Below, piece by piece: positions 41,351-48,885 of a stretch of 64,000 bases of DNA (within the stretch, counting starts at the first letter, position 1; the number at the start of each line of letters is the position of its first letter). The position numbers and the translations under genes were made by a program. Below the pieces are notes generated by a model that was not told the DNA's origin, made no database searches, and saw only the letters and a list, made by a program, of their open reading frames with translations. This DNA comes from a virus: the IMG/VR virus record IMGVR_UViG_3300020395_000002, positions 25,997 to 89,996 of that record; one strand, written 5' to 3'.

Positions 41351-41489
41351 TTTCCCACCTAATGAACTGTTCTATCTTGGTGAAGAAACAGTTGAAGGTA
41401 TTAAAGACCATTATTATCTCATAGGAGGACTACACACTGTACCTGCTAGAGATATACACGACCTTGAGGGCATTGAAACAGATGACTAA
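41310..41489 (+). CDS. Hypothetical protein
   Basis: ORF track 41277..41489; likely start MIHLQLQA. Confidence 0.55.
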   Translation: MIHLQLQAMLREHSFPPNELFYLGEETVEGIKDHYYLIGGLHTVPARDIHDLEGIETDD

Positions 41490-42003
41490 GTACACACCAC
41501 AAGAAGCACGCAAGAAGTATGAGGAATGCTTCAAAGGATTGTATGATGTGTGTATAGATCAGGGGTGGGGTGACCCATTCTCTTATGCTAGGTCACGTGA
41601 AATACATATGGCTATTGCACTAGATCACGATGTGGCAGACACATATAGTGGTGCAGATGCATATGATAAGGGTGAACCAGTAGAATACAAGTCAACAATA
41701 GGTAAAGACATCAACGCTACGTACAATGGTATCAGTGTTAAGGATACGTGGGAGGAGCAAGATCAGTATTTAAGAGAAGAAAAGCTCTTGAAATATGATG
41801 ATCATTACTATGCACGCTATGAACACGGAGATATAGTAGAGTTGTGGCACCTTAAAGGTCAACAAGTATACGATTATCTACGTCCTAGACTGGAACAGAA
41901 GTATGATAGACTCAAGAAGAGAGCTAAGCAACCCGCAGATCCCCGCTTAGGTGATAATATATGTGCATCATACATCAGAAAGTGCGGAAAAGCGATCAAG
42001 TGA
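41482..42003 (+). CDS. PD-(D/E)xK endonuclease, PvuII-like
   Basis: QGWGDPF...GADAYD..EPVEYKS resembles R.PvuII HGINDIF...GNDAVD..QEYELKS as recalled, with similar length and C-terminus. Confidence 0.6.
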   Translation: MTKYTPQEARKKYEECFKGLYDVCIDQGWGDPFSYARSREIHMAIALDHDVADTYSGADAYDKGEPVEYKSTIGKDINATYNGISVKDTWEEQDQYLREEKLLKYDDHYYARYEHGDIVELWHLKGQQVYDYLRPRLEQKYDRLKKRAKQPADPRLGDNICASYIRKCGKAIK

Positions 42004-42088
42004 ACCACATTACAAACTGTCACAAGCCCCCCTTTACAGGGGGTTTTTTAATGCTATACTACTAGAGTAGTCAAGGGAATTCAACCCA

Positions 42089-42331
42089 ATGCAAATTCGT
42101 AACTCTTCTGGTCAGCAAGCAGATTATTATCCTGTACGCTTACCTTTTGGTGAGGTATCATACCGTTACTTGCTAGAGGTTCTATCTCTTAATGGACGGA
42201 CGGTGAACAAAAGGTTCATCAACACTAACGAGTTGGACAGTGAAGTTCAAGAGCGAGTCAACTTCGGTTGGGACGTGACTGATTTCAACACTATTCCTCA
42301 GTTAGGAAATCCTGTTCTAGGGGCTGCATAG
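42089..42331 (+). CDS. Hypothetical protein
   Basis: ORF track; directly follows the cassette promoter at 42005-42060. Confidence 0.65.
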   Translation: MQIRNSSGQQADYYPVRLPFGEVSYRYLLEVLSLNGRTVNKRFINTNELDSEVQERVNFGWDVTDFNTIPQLGNPVLGAA

Positions 42332-42374
42332 CCCCAAAATACTGTATATACTTACAGTAGTTGTACAAAATTCA

Positions 42375-42563
42375 GTGAAACTTCTTAAAGTGCTGCTTAA
42401 TCAATCCGAAATCGCTGTTCTTACCGATGCCTTACAACACCTCAGCTCAAGCCAACAATTCACCTCAGAAAAACACAGTGGAGTCAAATGTGGTGATCTC
42501 TACTCCAAACTTGAGAGAGCTGCCCACCGTCTTAACGATGGATGGTGCGACTCAGAGATATGA
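42375..42563 (+). CDS. Hypothetical protein
   Basis: ORF track; GTG start. Confidence 0.45.
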   Translation: MKLLKVLLNQSEIAVLTDALQHLSSSQQFTSEKHSGVKCGDLYSKLERAAHRLNDGWCDSEI

Positions 42564-42831
42564 ACATCTACGTCAAGTAGTTGAAGAATATCTCAGTGGT
42601 GGATCATCTGATGTTGAATCGGATGTTAAGCACGCACTTTATGAACTTCAGGATTTTCACAAGACACAATTACATCGTGTCGATGATCTAATTGGACGTT
42701 TGCATCAACAACAACATACTTACGAGTATCCTGTTCGTGATGTAGGCAGTAGTCAAGAAGATTGGGAGGATTTCTGGGTAAATGATTATCCAGAAGTTGA
42801 ACCGCTTGAACATACTAGTGAGGGGTGCTAA
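42538..42831 (+). CDS. Hypothetical acidic protein
   Basis: ORF track 42427..42831; probable start MDGATQRY. Confidence 0.5.
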   Translation: MDGATQRYEHLRQVVEEYLSGGSSDVESDVKHALYELQDFHKTQLHRVDDLIGRLHQQQHTYEYPVRDVGSSQEDWEDFWVNDYPEVEPLEHTSEGC

Positions 42832-43013
42832 TGGCAGCAAAGAAGAAGAAATGGGAAGTCAATGTACTAGCTAAGATTGACCATAAATTACAATGGAGTA
42901 AGTTTGAACATAGTTGTGTGGATCCTGCTACCGCAGTTAAATCAGCATACTCAAAGTATCCAGACTTAACAACCATTTTAATTAACCTATCAACTGAACC
43001 ATTTACAGGATGA
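42825..43013 (+). CDS. Hypothetical protein
   Basis: ORF track; coupled to its neighbours. Confidence 0.55.
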   Translation: MLMAAKKKKWEVNVLAKIDHKLQWSKFEHSCVDPATAVKSAYSKYPDLTTILINLSTEPFTG

Positions 43014-43225
43014 AAGATCAGCGAACCTTAGACGATTCACCCACATCATATGAGAAGTGGGATCGTGCTAAATCAATAGTACTTGAATCATTACACAAAC
43101 CTGACCCTGCATTACGCTCTTGTGCACATAATCAACAATGTTATGATGATGTGCTGCAAATACGAGAGCAAGTAATAGAGTTAGTCAGTCGAATGATTAA
43201 TCCAAGGAAGTTTATAGAGGACTAG
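43010..43225 (+). CDS. Cyanophage hypothetical protein
   Basis: ORF track; ATGA coupling; ends at a terminator. Confidence 0.65.
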   Translation: MKDQRTLDDSPTSYEKWDRAKSIVLESLHKPDPALRSCAHNQQCYDDVLQIREQVIELVSRMINPRKFIED

Positions 43226-43241
43226 AAATAGTCCTCTTTTT
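43216..43241 (+). terminator. Intrinsic terminator between convergent genes
   Basis: AGAGGACTA-GAAA-TAGTCCTCT then TTTT: a perfect 9-bp stem with a GNRA loop. Confidence 0.8.
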
Positions 43242-43246
43242 AATGG

Positions 43247-44038
43247 TTAAAACTTCTTATAATATTTTACAATCTGTTCACTAGGTGCAATACATTCTAC
43301 TTCATCACGTCCTTGTGTCTCTTCATCAATACGTGGTAGTCTACTAGCCCACGTTGTAGCAATATACTTCTTACATCCTAGTGGTGGATTACCACGGTGC
43401 ATATGTGTGTAGGATGCTGGAAATATAATTGTAGTGCCCTTCTTTGGTGCAATTCTAATACCTTGATACAAGAACTCAGTTTCACCACCAGCAGGTACAT
43501 CATTTAAGTATGTAATGAATACAAACTCACGTAGACCAACAAAGAAACCACTATTATCATAGTGCCATCCGTGAAATCCCTCGGATGGATTTGTCATTTG
43601 TACCTTAGCAGCACTCATCCAGAAATCATTTGCACCTAACTGACTAAACTCTTCAATATAATACTGTGATGCAAGTTTAGACCAACCAGTCAACATAGTA
43701 TTGCGTAGGTTGGGTGATGTACCCTCAGTAAGAAAGAAGAAGAAGTCTTTACGATTAAATTCACCAGCACCACCACCTTGAGCAGCCATCTCAGGTGTCT
43801 TTTCATTTGCATCCTTACGCTCCTTGAGATTATTAGCATAACCCATTAACATATCACAGAAGTTATCAGGTGCGTGATTAGGATACTCACGAATGAATGT
43901 TTCAATTCCACCTTCAGTGAAATGTTTAATCACCTCACGTCGTTGACCTCGTTCATTAGGATCACAGAACTCACGAATCTCCTGCTTGTTAGCACGGTTC
44001 TTCATTACATTGGGATCTAATTGCTTGTCAATGTCCAT
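43247..44038 (-). CDS. 2OG-Fe(II) oxygenase (prolyl-4-hydroxylase-like)
   Basis: GFHGWHYD, FITYLNDV..GGETEF, IFPASYTHMHRGNPP, KYIATTW. Confidence 0.9.
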   Translation of the reverse strand: MDIDKQLDPNVMKNRANKQEIREFCDPNERGQRREVIKHFTEGGIETFIREYPNHAPDNFCDMLMGYANNLKERKDANEKTPEMAAQGGGAGEFNRKDFFFFLTEGTSPNLRNTMLTGWSKLASQYYIEEFSQLGANDFWMSAAKVQMTNPSEGFHGWHYDNSGFFVGLREFVFITYLNDVPAGGETEFLYQGIRIAPKKGTTIIFPASYTHMHRGNPPLGCKKYIATTWASRLPRIDEETQGRDEVECIAPSEQIVKYYKKF

Positions 44039-44213
44039 CTTGTACTCCTCCCATAAAAATAAACTCCTTGGCTGCAGTGTGTGATTTAAACTCCTTTATT
44101 ATACCACTATCTGTACGAACATACCACTTACCACGTCGCTCTGTTATTAAATGAGCAAACATAGCATTCTCGTAGTCCTCTAGTGACACATTGTCACAGT
44201 TTTTACATCCCAT
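44028..44213 (-). CDS. Small hypothetical protein
   Basis: ORF track 44028..44261; probable start MGCKNCDN overlapping the upstream stop. Confidence 0.5.
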   Translation of the reverse strand: MGCKNCDNVSLEDYENAMFAHLITERRGKWYVRTDSGIIKEFKSHTAAKEFIFMGGVQDGH

Positions 44214-44715
44214 TGTACTGTAGTTTAATATTACCTGATATTGTTGTACCTTCATTGCCATTGTTCACGTGATGTGCAATGAATGAAGGGAACACGACCA
44301 TAGAACCAGCACTCAATTTAATATTATGAATACAGGGCATAGATTTACTTACACCCATATGATTCTGTATTAATAGCCACGCTGGATTATATAACACAGT
44401 TTTACTATCAACTGTCTCATATATTATGAATGACCATTGTGACTGTGCGTGGATATGATAGCCCTGATAATCAGTAGCTACGTATCTATTACGCCAGATG
44501 TCAGTGAACTGTAAATTGATGTAAGGATCATACTCCAATAGAAATGGAGAGATAATACCATACAAATAATTGTAGGTGGACTCAGGACACTGTTGTTTAC
44601 CATAAGTCCAGTTCACTTCACCATTATAATACTCATCACCATCACCAAGAGAGACCTGATTCAGATCCACCTCAGTCTCTAGTATGGGTATTGAAAATAA
44701 ATGTGATACTGACAT
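44203..44715 (-). CDS. 2OG-Fe(II) oxygenase (TIGR02466-like)
   Basis: LFSIPI, IWRN, HIH..SQWSFIIY, VFPSFIAHHV, TISGN. Start moved to MSVSHLF, just downstream of a - strand cassette promoter. Confidence 0.85.
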   Translation of the reverse strand: MSVSHLFSIPILETEVDLNQVSLGDGDEYYNGEVNWTYGKQQCPESTYNYLYGIISPFLLEYDPYINLQFTDIWRNRYVATDYQGYHIHAQSQWSFIIYETVDSKTVLYNPAWLLIQNHMGVSKSMPCIHNIKLSAGSMVVFPSFIAHHVNNGNEGTTISGNIKLQYNGM

Positions 44716-44786
44716 AGAATATAGTATAGCATTAAAAAACCCCTCTGTCGAGGGGTTCTGTGGGCGGTATGTTAACTGGACTATGC

Positions 44787-44951
44787 TTATTGTAGTAACC
44801 GACTGCAACGTCTTGCAGTATACGTATCATCACCAGCATCAATTATACACTCGTAGTAGTTGTTGAGGTAATTGTCCACTTCGTAGACAGACTCAGTTGA
44901 TTCTTTCCAATCTGCTAATTGATTACTGCTGATGACGTTGTGATTTAACAT
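44787..44951 (-). CDS. Small Cys-containing acidic protein (54 aa)
   Basis: Hand-translated MLNHNVISSNQLADWKESTESVYEVDNYLNNYYECIIDAGDDTYTARRCSRLLQ; GAGG RBS upstream. Confidence 0.7.
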   Translation of the reverse strand: MLNHNVISSNQLADWKESTESVYEVDNYLNNYYECIIDAGDDTYTARRCSRLLQ

Positions 44952-45081
44952 AAATGTTTAACCTCTAATGGAATGATCCTCATAACAAGGAAGTTTGGGT
45001 TCATCTGACCTCGCTCATTCTACTACTATTTATGTCCTGGATCCCTGTTACAGACAATACTCTTAGCCATCTGTAAACGAG

Positions 45082-45089
45082 TATTTATA
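45082..45089 (-). promoter_or_regulatory. T4-type late promoter
   Basis: TATTTATA on + (TATAAATA on -); a second CATAAATA lies at 45027-45034 (-). Confidence 0.55.
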
Positions 45090-45095
45090 CCGAGG

Positions 45096-45124
45096 TTTAC
45101 ACATCACCACCCGTATGGTATAAT
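45096..45124 (+). promoter_or_regulatory. sigma70-type promoter
   Basis: TTTACA-17 nt-TATAAT with extended TG, before ORF 45145. Confidence 0.65.
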
Positions 45125-45144
45125 AACTTATCGTCTCAAATATT

Positions 45145-45336
45145 ATGACATCTAATGATCACCAGATAAAGACTCAGTGGTATTATTGGTTTTGGGCTGT
45201 GTGTGCGGTTGCGGTCGTCGGCGGTCAGGTCTATGTTGGTAGTGGCTACCGTCATATGGCACAAGAACTAATGAACACATTCCAAACATCTTGCCAACGC
45301 ACTGGTCCTAAACTAATGCCAGTCCAACGCCCATAA
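45145..45336 (+). CDS. Small membrane protein
   Basis: Hydrophobic WYYWFWAVCAVAVVGGQVYVG segment. Confidence 0.65.
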   Translation: MTSNDHQIKTQWYYWFWAVCAVAVVGGQVYVGSGYRHMAQELMNTFQTSCQRTGPKLMPVQRP

Positions 45337-45363
45337 ATCATTACACACCTTTGGTATAAAACA

Positions 45364-45624
45364 ATGAAAGAAACTGAATCATACGAACAGTTGCTACAAC
45401 GTTTCACGAAGAGAGTGACACAACTGGAAATGAGACAAGTGGAACTGGAAGAAGCACATCTAGAGTATGTGAAACTAGACAGAGAACTTGATCGCCTTGA
45501 AGGGAGTGTACAAGCAGTTGAGTATCTTGCCTTTGGTAAGATGCCTGGTGATGGTAACCACGATGGATTTAAAGCACATAAACCAAAGCCCCAACAGATC
45601 AATGATCTTGGATCACTGGACTGA
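45364..45624 (+). CDS. Small coiled-coil protein
   Basis: Heptad-rich LLQRFTKRVTQLE...LDRELDRLEGSVQAVEYL. Confidence 0.65.
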   Translation: MKETESYEQLLQRFTKRVTQLEMRQVELEEAHLEYVKLDRELDRLEGSVQAVEYLAFGKMPGDGNHDGFKAHKPKPQQINDLGSLD

Positions 45625-45735
45625 TGTTACCAATACCTATATTTGAATTAGTAACACTCATCCTAGCATTGTTGTGGTTGTGGACACTGCTAGGTATACT
45701 ACCAACCAAAAACATTGTATCATTTAAAGAGGACG

Positions 45736-45912
45736 ATGACAAGGATTAAATTACTACTACTAGCCCCCTTGTTAGTAGGATGTACTAATGCAGGTATGGG
45801 TAGTATCAACTGGAGTAATCCAGGAGTAGCAGACACATATACTTGTGAAGAAGTAACAGATCCAGCATCATATTGTGCAACAGGTGAACATCCTAACCTA
45901 TGTGACTGCTAA
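45736..45912 (+). CDS. Small lipoprotein
   Basis: MTRIKLLLLAPLLVGC signal peptide with lipobox LVG-C; four further Cys; GAGG RBS. Confidence 0.65.
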   Translation: MTRIKLLLLAPLLVGCTNAGMGSINWSNPGVADTYTCEEVTDPASYCATGEHPNLCDC

Positions 45913-46088
45913 TGGCAATGAATGAACAAACTAAACTGTACTTTGCAATGGAACACATCCTTCATTTGGGTGATTTGTTTGAAGGTAATGAGTACCAACA
46001 GTACTTAGAGGGACATCTTGCTTCAATCAGGTATGAGGTAGAGAGACAGACCAAATTGGTAGAAGATAGGAAGGGCATCCGCACGTAG
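45912..46088 (+). CDS. Small hypothetical protein (58 aa)
   Basis: Hand-translated MAMNEQTKLYFAMEHILHLGDLFEGNEYQQYLEGHLASIRYEVERQ...; TAATG coupling. Confidence 0.65.
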   Translation: MAMNEQTKLYFAMEHILHLGDLFEGNEYQQYLEGHLASIRYEVERQTKLVEDRKGIRT

Positions 46089-46110
46089 CTCTCACTGATA
46101 TGACTCAGAG

Positions 46111-46185
46111 TTTTCCACAGGGTTGTGGATAACTTGTGGAAAACCTGTGGAAAACTACGTCAATTAATAAATGTTAAATAAACCA
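46111..46185. promoter_or_regulatory. Cluster of four DnaA boxes plus an AT-rich tract (oriC-like element)
   Basis: TTTTCCACA 46111-19 (+); TGTGGATAA 46124-32, TGTGGAAAA 46135-43 and TGTGGAAAA 46146-54 (reverse orientation, 11-bp spacing); then AATTAATAAATGTTAAATAAA. Confidence 0.65.
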
Positions 46186-46229
46186 TAGTAGGGTGTTCTA
46201 TACCTTGGTTAAGGTTGAGGGATTTGGGG

Positions 46230-46258
46230 GTCTTAGCCCGCAGTCTAGCATTTGTCAA
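46230..46258 (-). promoter_or_regulatory. sigma70-like promoter facing the DnaA-box cluster
   Basis: On the - strand, TTGACA-17 nt-TAAGAC. Confidence 0.4.
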
Positions 46259-46325
46259 CCAAAAACCTCAGAAACTTCAAAAAGTGTAACAATTCGGAAA
46301 TTACGAAACTCAAAAAGTTAAAAAG

Positions 46326-46354
46326 TTGACTTTTTAAGAATAATAAGTTATAAT
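46326..46354 (+). promoter_or_regulatory. Strong sigma70 promoter
   Basis: TTGACT-17 nt-TATAAT upstream of ORF 46375. Confidence 0.75.
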
Positions 46355-46374
46355 AGAATTAAATAATTACTAAA

Positions 46375-46920
46375 ATGCCCGAATTAACCAGTTTAGTAGG
46401 TTACACAGAAGTGCCATCCAGTGCAATTGAGTATTTGGAGTTAGATTTTGACCATAATTATGTTAAAATTACATACAAATCTAACCTAAATGTCCAATAT
46501 TCTTACAAATGTGAAGATTTAGAGGAATTTCAATCATCATTTATGGAACTCAGTGGTAGATTAGAGGCTGAGCAAGACAGAAACGAAGAGGAGGAGCTGG
46601 TAGAAGATGTAAGTACCACTATAGAGAGGGAAGATGCATCTATTGGTAAGTTTATTAACGAACGTATCCAGTCTGGTAATCTGAAGGTTGAATCTAGACT
46701 AGAACAAAACGAGCATATGCTCAATAGGGGTTGGGACGCTTTCCAAGGTAGCACAATGCCCGAAGGTGCCGTGGTCCTGGGTGAGGATGATATCAATTTT
46801 TCACAGCCAGTGGAAACCAGTTCACAAAGTGGCACAAACACGTTCGACATCGATGCTGGAGGGACTATAATAGAAGAGTCAACACCACCAGACCTACCAA
46901 TTCCATATGAGAAAGATTGA
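46375..46920 (+). CDS. Acidic protein with a KTSC-like N-terminal domain
   Basis: VPSSAIEYLELD..HNYVKITYKS...YSY...SIGKFIN resembles KTSC (V.SS.I..V.YD...L.V.F...Y.Y...S.G.YF). Confidence 0.5.
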   Translation: MPELTSLVGYTEVPSSAIEYLELDFDHNYVKITYKSNLNVQYSYKCEDLEEFQSSFMELSGRLEAEQDRNEEEELVEDVSTTIEREDASIGKFINERIQSGNLKVESRLEQNEHMLNRGWDAFQGSTMPEGAVVLGEDDINFSQPVETSSQSGTNTFDIDAGGTIIEESTPPDLPIPYEKD

Positions 46921-47224
46921 TGCTCAACTTCTATCTGCAATCCAGTACGGCACATCATTTGCCAAGGGTAACAGATCAGTAATACACACTGACGAAGGAG
47001 TAGAGGTAAGATTCCACGGGCACCACATTGCAACAATTGCAAAGGGAAGGTCCAACGTTTCAATCAACAACTGTGGGTACTGGACCAACACCACTAAGCA
47101 AATCTTAAATGAGATCTTACGTGATGTGCTTGGCTACGGTTTATTCCAAAGGCAGTTTGATTGGTTCGTAAGCACACCCCAGGGAGATGTTGAGTACTTA
47201 GGAGCTTGGCAAGAGTTCGCCTAA
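46907..47224 (+). CDS. Conserved phage hypothetical protein
   Basis: MRKID...VRFHGHHIA...TNTTKQILN...FQRQFDWFV; follows a cassette promoter. Confidence 0.7.
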   Translation: MRKIDAQLLSAIQYGTSFAKGNRSVIHTDEGVEVRFHGHHIATIAKGRSNVSINNCGYWTNTTKQILNEILRDVLGYGLFQRQFDWFVSTPQGDVEYLGAWQEFA

Positions 47225-47250
47225 ATACCATCAGCATTGGTTTCTTTTAT

Positions 47251-47436
47251 ATGTCAGGTCTAAGGAATTTTATTAGTATACCTCACATCGAGGTTGCACC
47301 TTCTGAAACTACACGTTACAGAATTACCTTAGACCTGACATTGGAAGACGACCCAACCCAGTGGGACTGGGAAGATTTACTAGAAATTGAAAAACCTGAA
47401 AACGTCGAAATTGTCGGTTTTGAGGAATTAAATTAA
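47251..47436 (+). CDS. Small acidic hypothetical protein
   Basis: ORF track 47206..47436; probable start MSGLRNF. Confidence 0.55.
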   Translation: MSGLRNFISIPHIEVAPSETTRYRITLDLTLEDDPTQWDWEDLLEIEKPENVEIVGFEELN

Positions 47437-47509
47437 ATCAATTTCTATTAAGTCTTCCTTTTAAGTTTAATAACATTAATAGGGTATGCTGTAGAGTATA
47501 CAAACTAAA

Positions 47510-47728
47510 ATGACTCACACTAAAAAAGACTTAGTTAAGAAATTAGTAGCTACCAGGATGGCTAAACTAGTAGAGAGTACACCTGGAATAGACTATCAAA
47601 AGGTATTAGATAATCTATACAATGAGTTTGGAAGTAAGACAGTAGAGGATATAGTATTATACTACAACACCACAGCCCCATCGGGGAGTGAGAAGGTGAC
47701 AGTTGAACAAGTGTCTGATTTGATCTGA
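47510..47728 (+). CDS. Hypothetical protein
   Basis: ORF track. Confidence 0.55.
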   Translation: MTHTKKDLVKKLVATRMAKLVESTPGIDYQKVLDNLYNEFGSKTVEDIVLYYNTTAPSGSEKVTVEQVSDLI

Positions 47729-47776
47729 CATTGGTATCAGATCTGTTATAATAGATATGTCCACAAAGGAGAATCT

Positions 47777-48235
47777 ATGCCAAATTGGTGTCAAAACAGA
47801 GTTTCTTTCTATTCTGAGGATACATCAGCATTAGAGAAACTACTCAATATATTTCAATCTGACGAACCATTCAACTCAATAGTTCCGTCACCCGATTGGA
47901 AGACTACACCAAATGACAAAGGTGAACTCCCAGTATTAAGAGAGATGAAATCTCCTAAGACTGGCGAAGTATTTTATCGCACTTATGACTTTCCAGATGG
48001 TACGAATGATGATCGTTGGTACGATTGGAATATCCAGAACTGGGGTACTAAGTGGGAAGTAAGTCAAGTAGAATGTGATCATTGGGACGACAACTCATTT
48101 GAATGTGAGTTTGAAACTGCGTGGTCACCACCTGAGGGAATATTCTACGCATTGCGTCAACTATTTCCTGATGTTGATGTCACGTGGTTCTATGACGAAC
48201 CTGGAATGATGGTTGCTGGATACCTAGGACAATGA
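47777..48235 (+). CDS. DUF1281/YubB-like ferredoxin-fold protein
   Basis: MPNWCQN, WYDWNIQNWGTKW, FETAWSPP, YDEPGM; AAGGAG RBS. Confidence 0.8.
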   Translation: MPNWCQNRVSFYSEDTSALEKLLNIFQSDEPFNSIVPSPDWKTTPNDKGELPVLREMKSPKTGEVFYRTYDFPDGTNDDRWYDWNIQNWGTKWEVSQVECDHWDDNSFECEFETAWSPPEGIFYALRQLFPDVDVTWFYDEPGMMVAGYLGQ

Positions 48236-48423
48236 AATCATTTCTAATCGAGTGTGCAGAGATTAACTACTTCACAATAGAAGTAGATGCTGAGTCCGAG
48301 GATCAGGCAATCGAGAAGGCACGTGCAGACATTAATTCATTTGATGTCATAGACGAGTACGTCTCAGAGTGGGATGTTAACACGATCCGAGAGTTAGATG
48401 CTGGTGGCTGTGCCATTGGTTAA
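48232..48423 (+). CDS. Small acidic hypothetical protein
   Basis: IEVDAESEDQAIEKAR motif; ATGA coupling. Confidence 0.65.
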   Translation: MKSFLIECAEINYFTIEVDAESEDQAIEKARADINSFDVIDEYVSEWDVNTIRELDAGGCAIG

Positions 48424-48471
48424 ACTGTCACCCACCCCCTACTCAGGGGGTTTTTTATTGCTATAATGAAT

Positions 48472-48611
48472 ATGTTGAGGGAAAGTTTAGACGCTAGGCA
48501 GGGGTGAGCAACAATTCAGATGCCGAATGCGTGCACGCTGTGGAAAACTGCTCTTTATGTTTGGAGACCTCTAGTACTCATTGCGAGTTTTGAAGTCGCT
48601 GCCCTCAACAT
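48472..48611 (+). ncRNA. Candidate structured RNA (~140 nt)
   Basis: Perfect 10-bp closing stem ATGTTGAGGG/CCCTCAACAT starting just after a TATAAT. Nested stems AGGGGT/ACCTCT, GAGCA/TGCTC, ATTC/GAAT and ACTC/GAGT. Confidence 0.5.
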
Positions 48612-48630
48612 CCATTTTATAGGAGAGTCT

Positions 48631-48810
48631 ATGTCATTTTTCAAGCACGTTCAACTTCACGAGTACGACATCACCGACAAAGGTATTAGTCAAGCGTGTT
48701 ATGATGAAATGAAGCGTGACGGGTACATCCTACCAGAGGATGAACTCAGAGTCCTAGCAGATTACAAGCGTGAGCAGTTCAAAGAGTATATGCGTCCACT
48801 GTTCGCATAA
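48631..48810 (+). CDS. Small hypothetical protein
   Basis: MSFFKHVQLHEYD..., with an AGGAGAG RBS right after the structured leader. Confidence 0.7.
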   Translation: MSFFKHVQLHEYDITDKGISQACYDEMKRDGYILPEDELRVLADYKREQFKEYMRPLFA

Positions 48811-48885
48811 ATTCAGGCTGCCAACCAGTTCAAGAACTGGCACACACTGACCCCATTCTGACGGATGGGGTCTTATAATTTGTAT

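Noticed and set aside
42320-42335. GGGGCT-gcat-AGCCCC hairpin as a + strand terminator
   Set aside because: There is no U-tract on the + strand, so function is unsupported.
44716-44808. N-terminal extension of ORF 44203..44808
   Set aside because: It overlaps a promoter cassette and the upstream gene's stop; family similarity begins at MSVSHLFSIP.
44787-44951. CP12 assignment for the small Cys protein
   Set aside because: It lacks the AWD.VEEL core and the C-terminal C...P...EC..Y motif of CP12.
48539-48547. Isolated DnaA-box match TGTGGAAAA
   Set aside because: It is a single copy inside the candidate RNA and is compatible with chance.
48520-48630. N-terminal extension of ORF 48520..48810
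   Set aside because: A strong RBS precedes the internal ATG at 48631, and the extension coincides with the predicted RNA structure.
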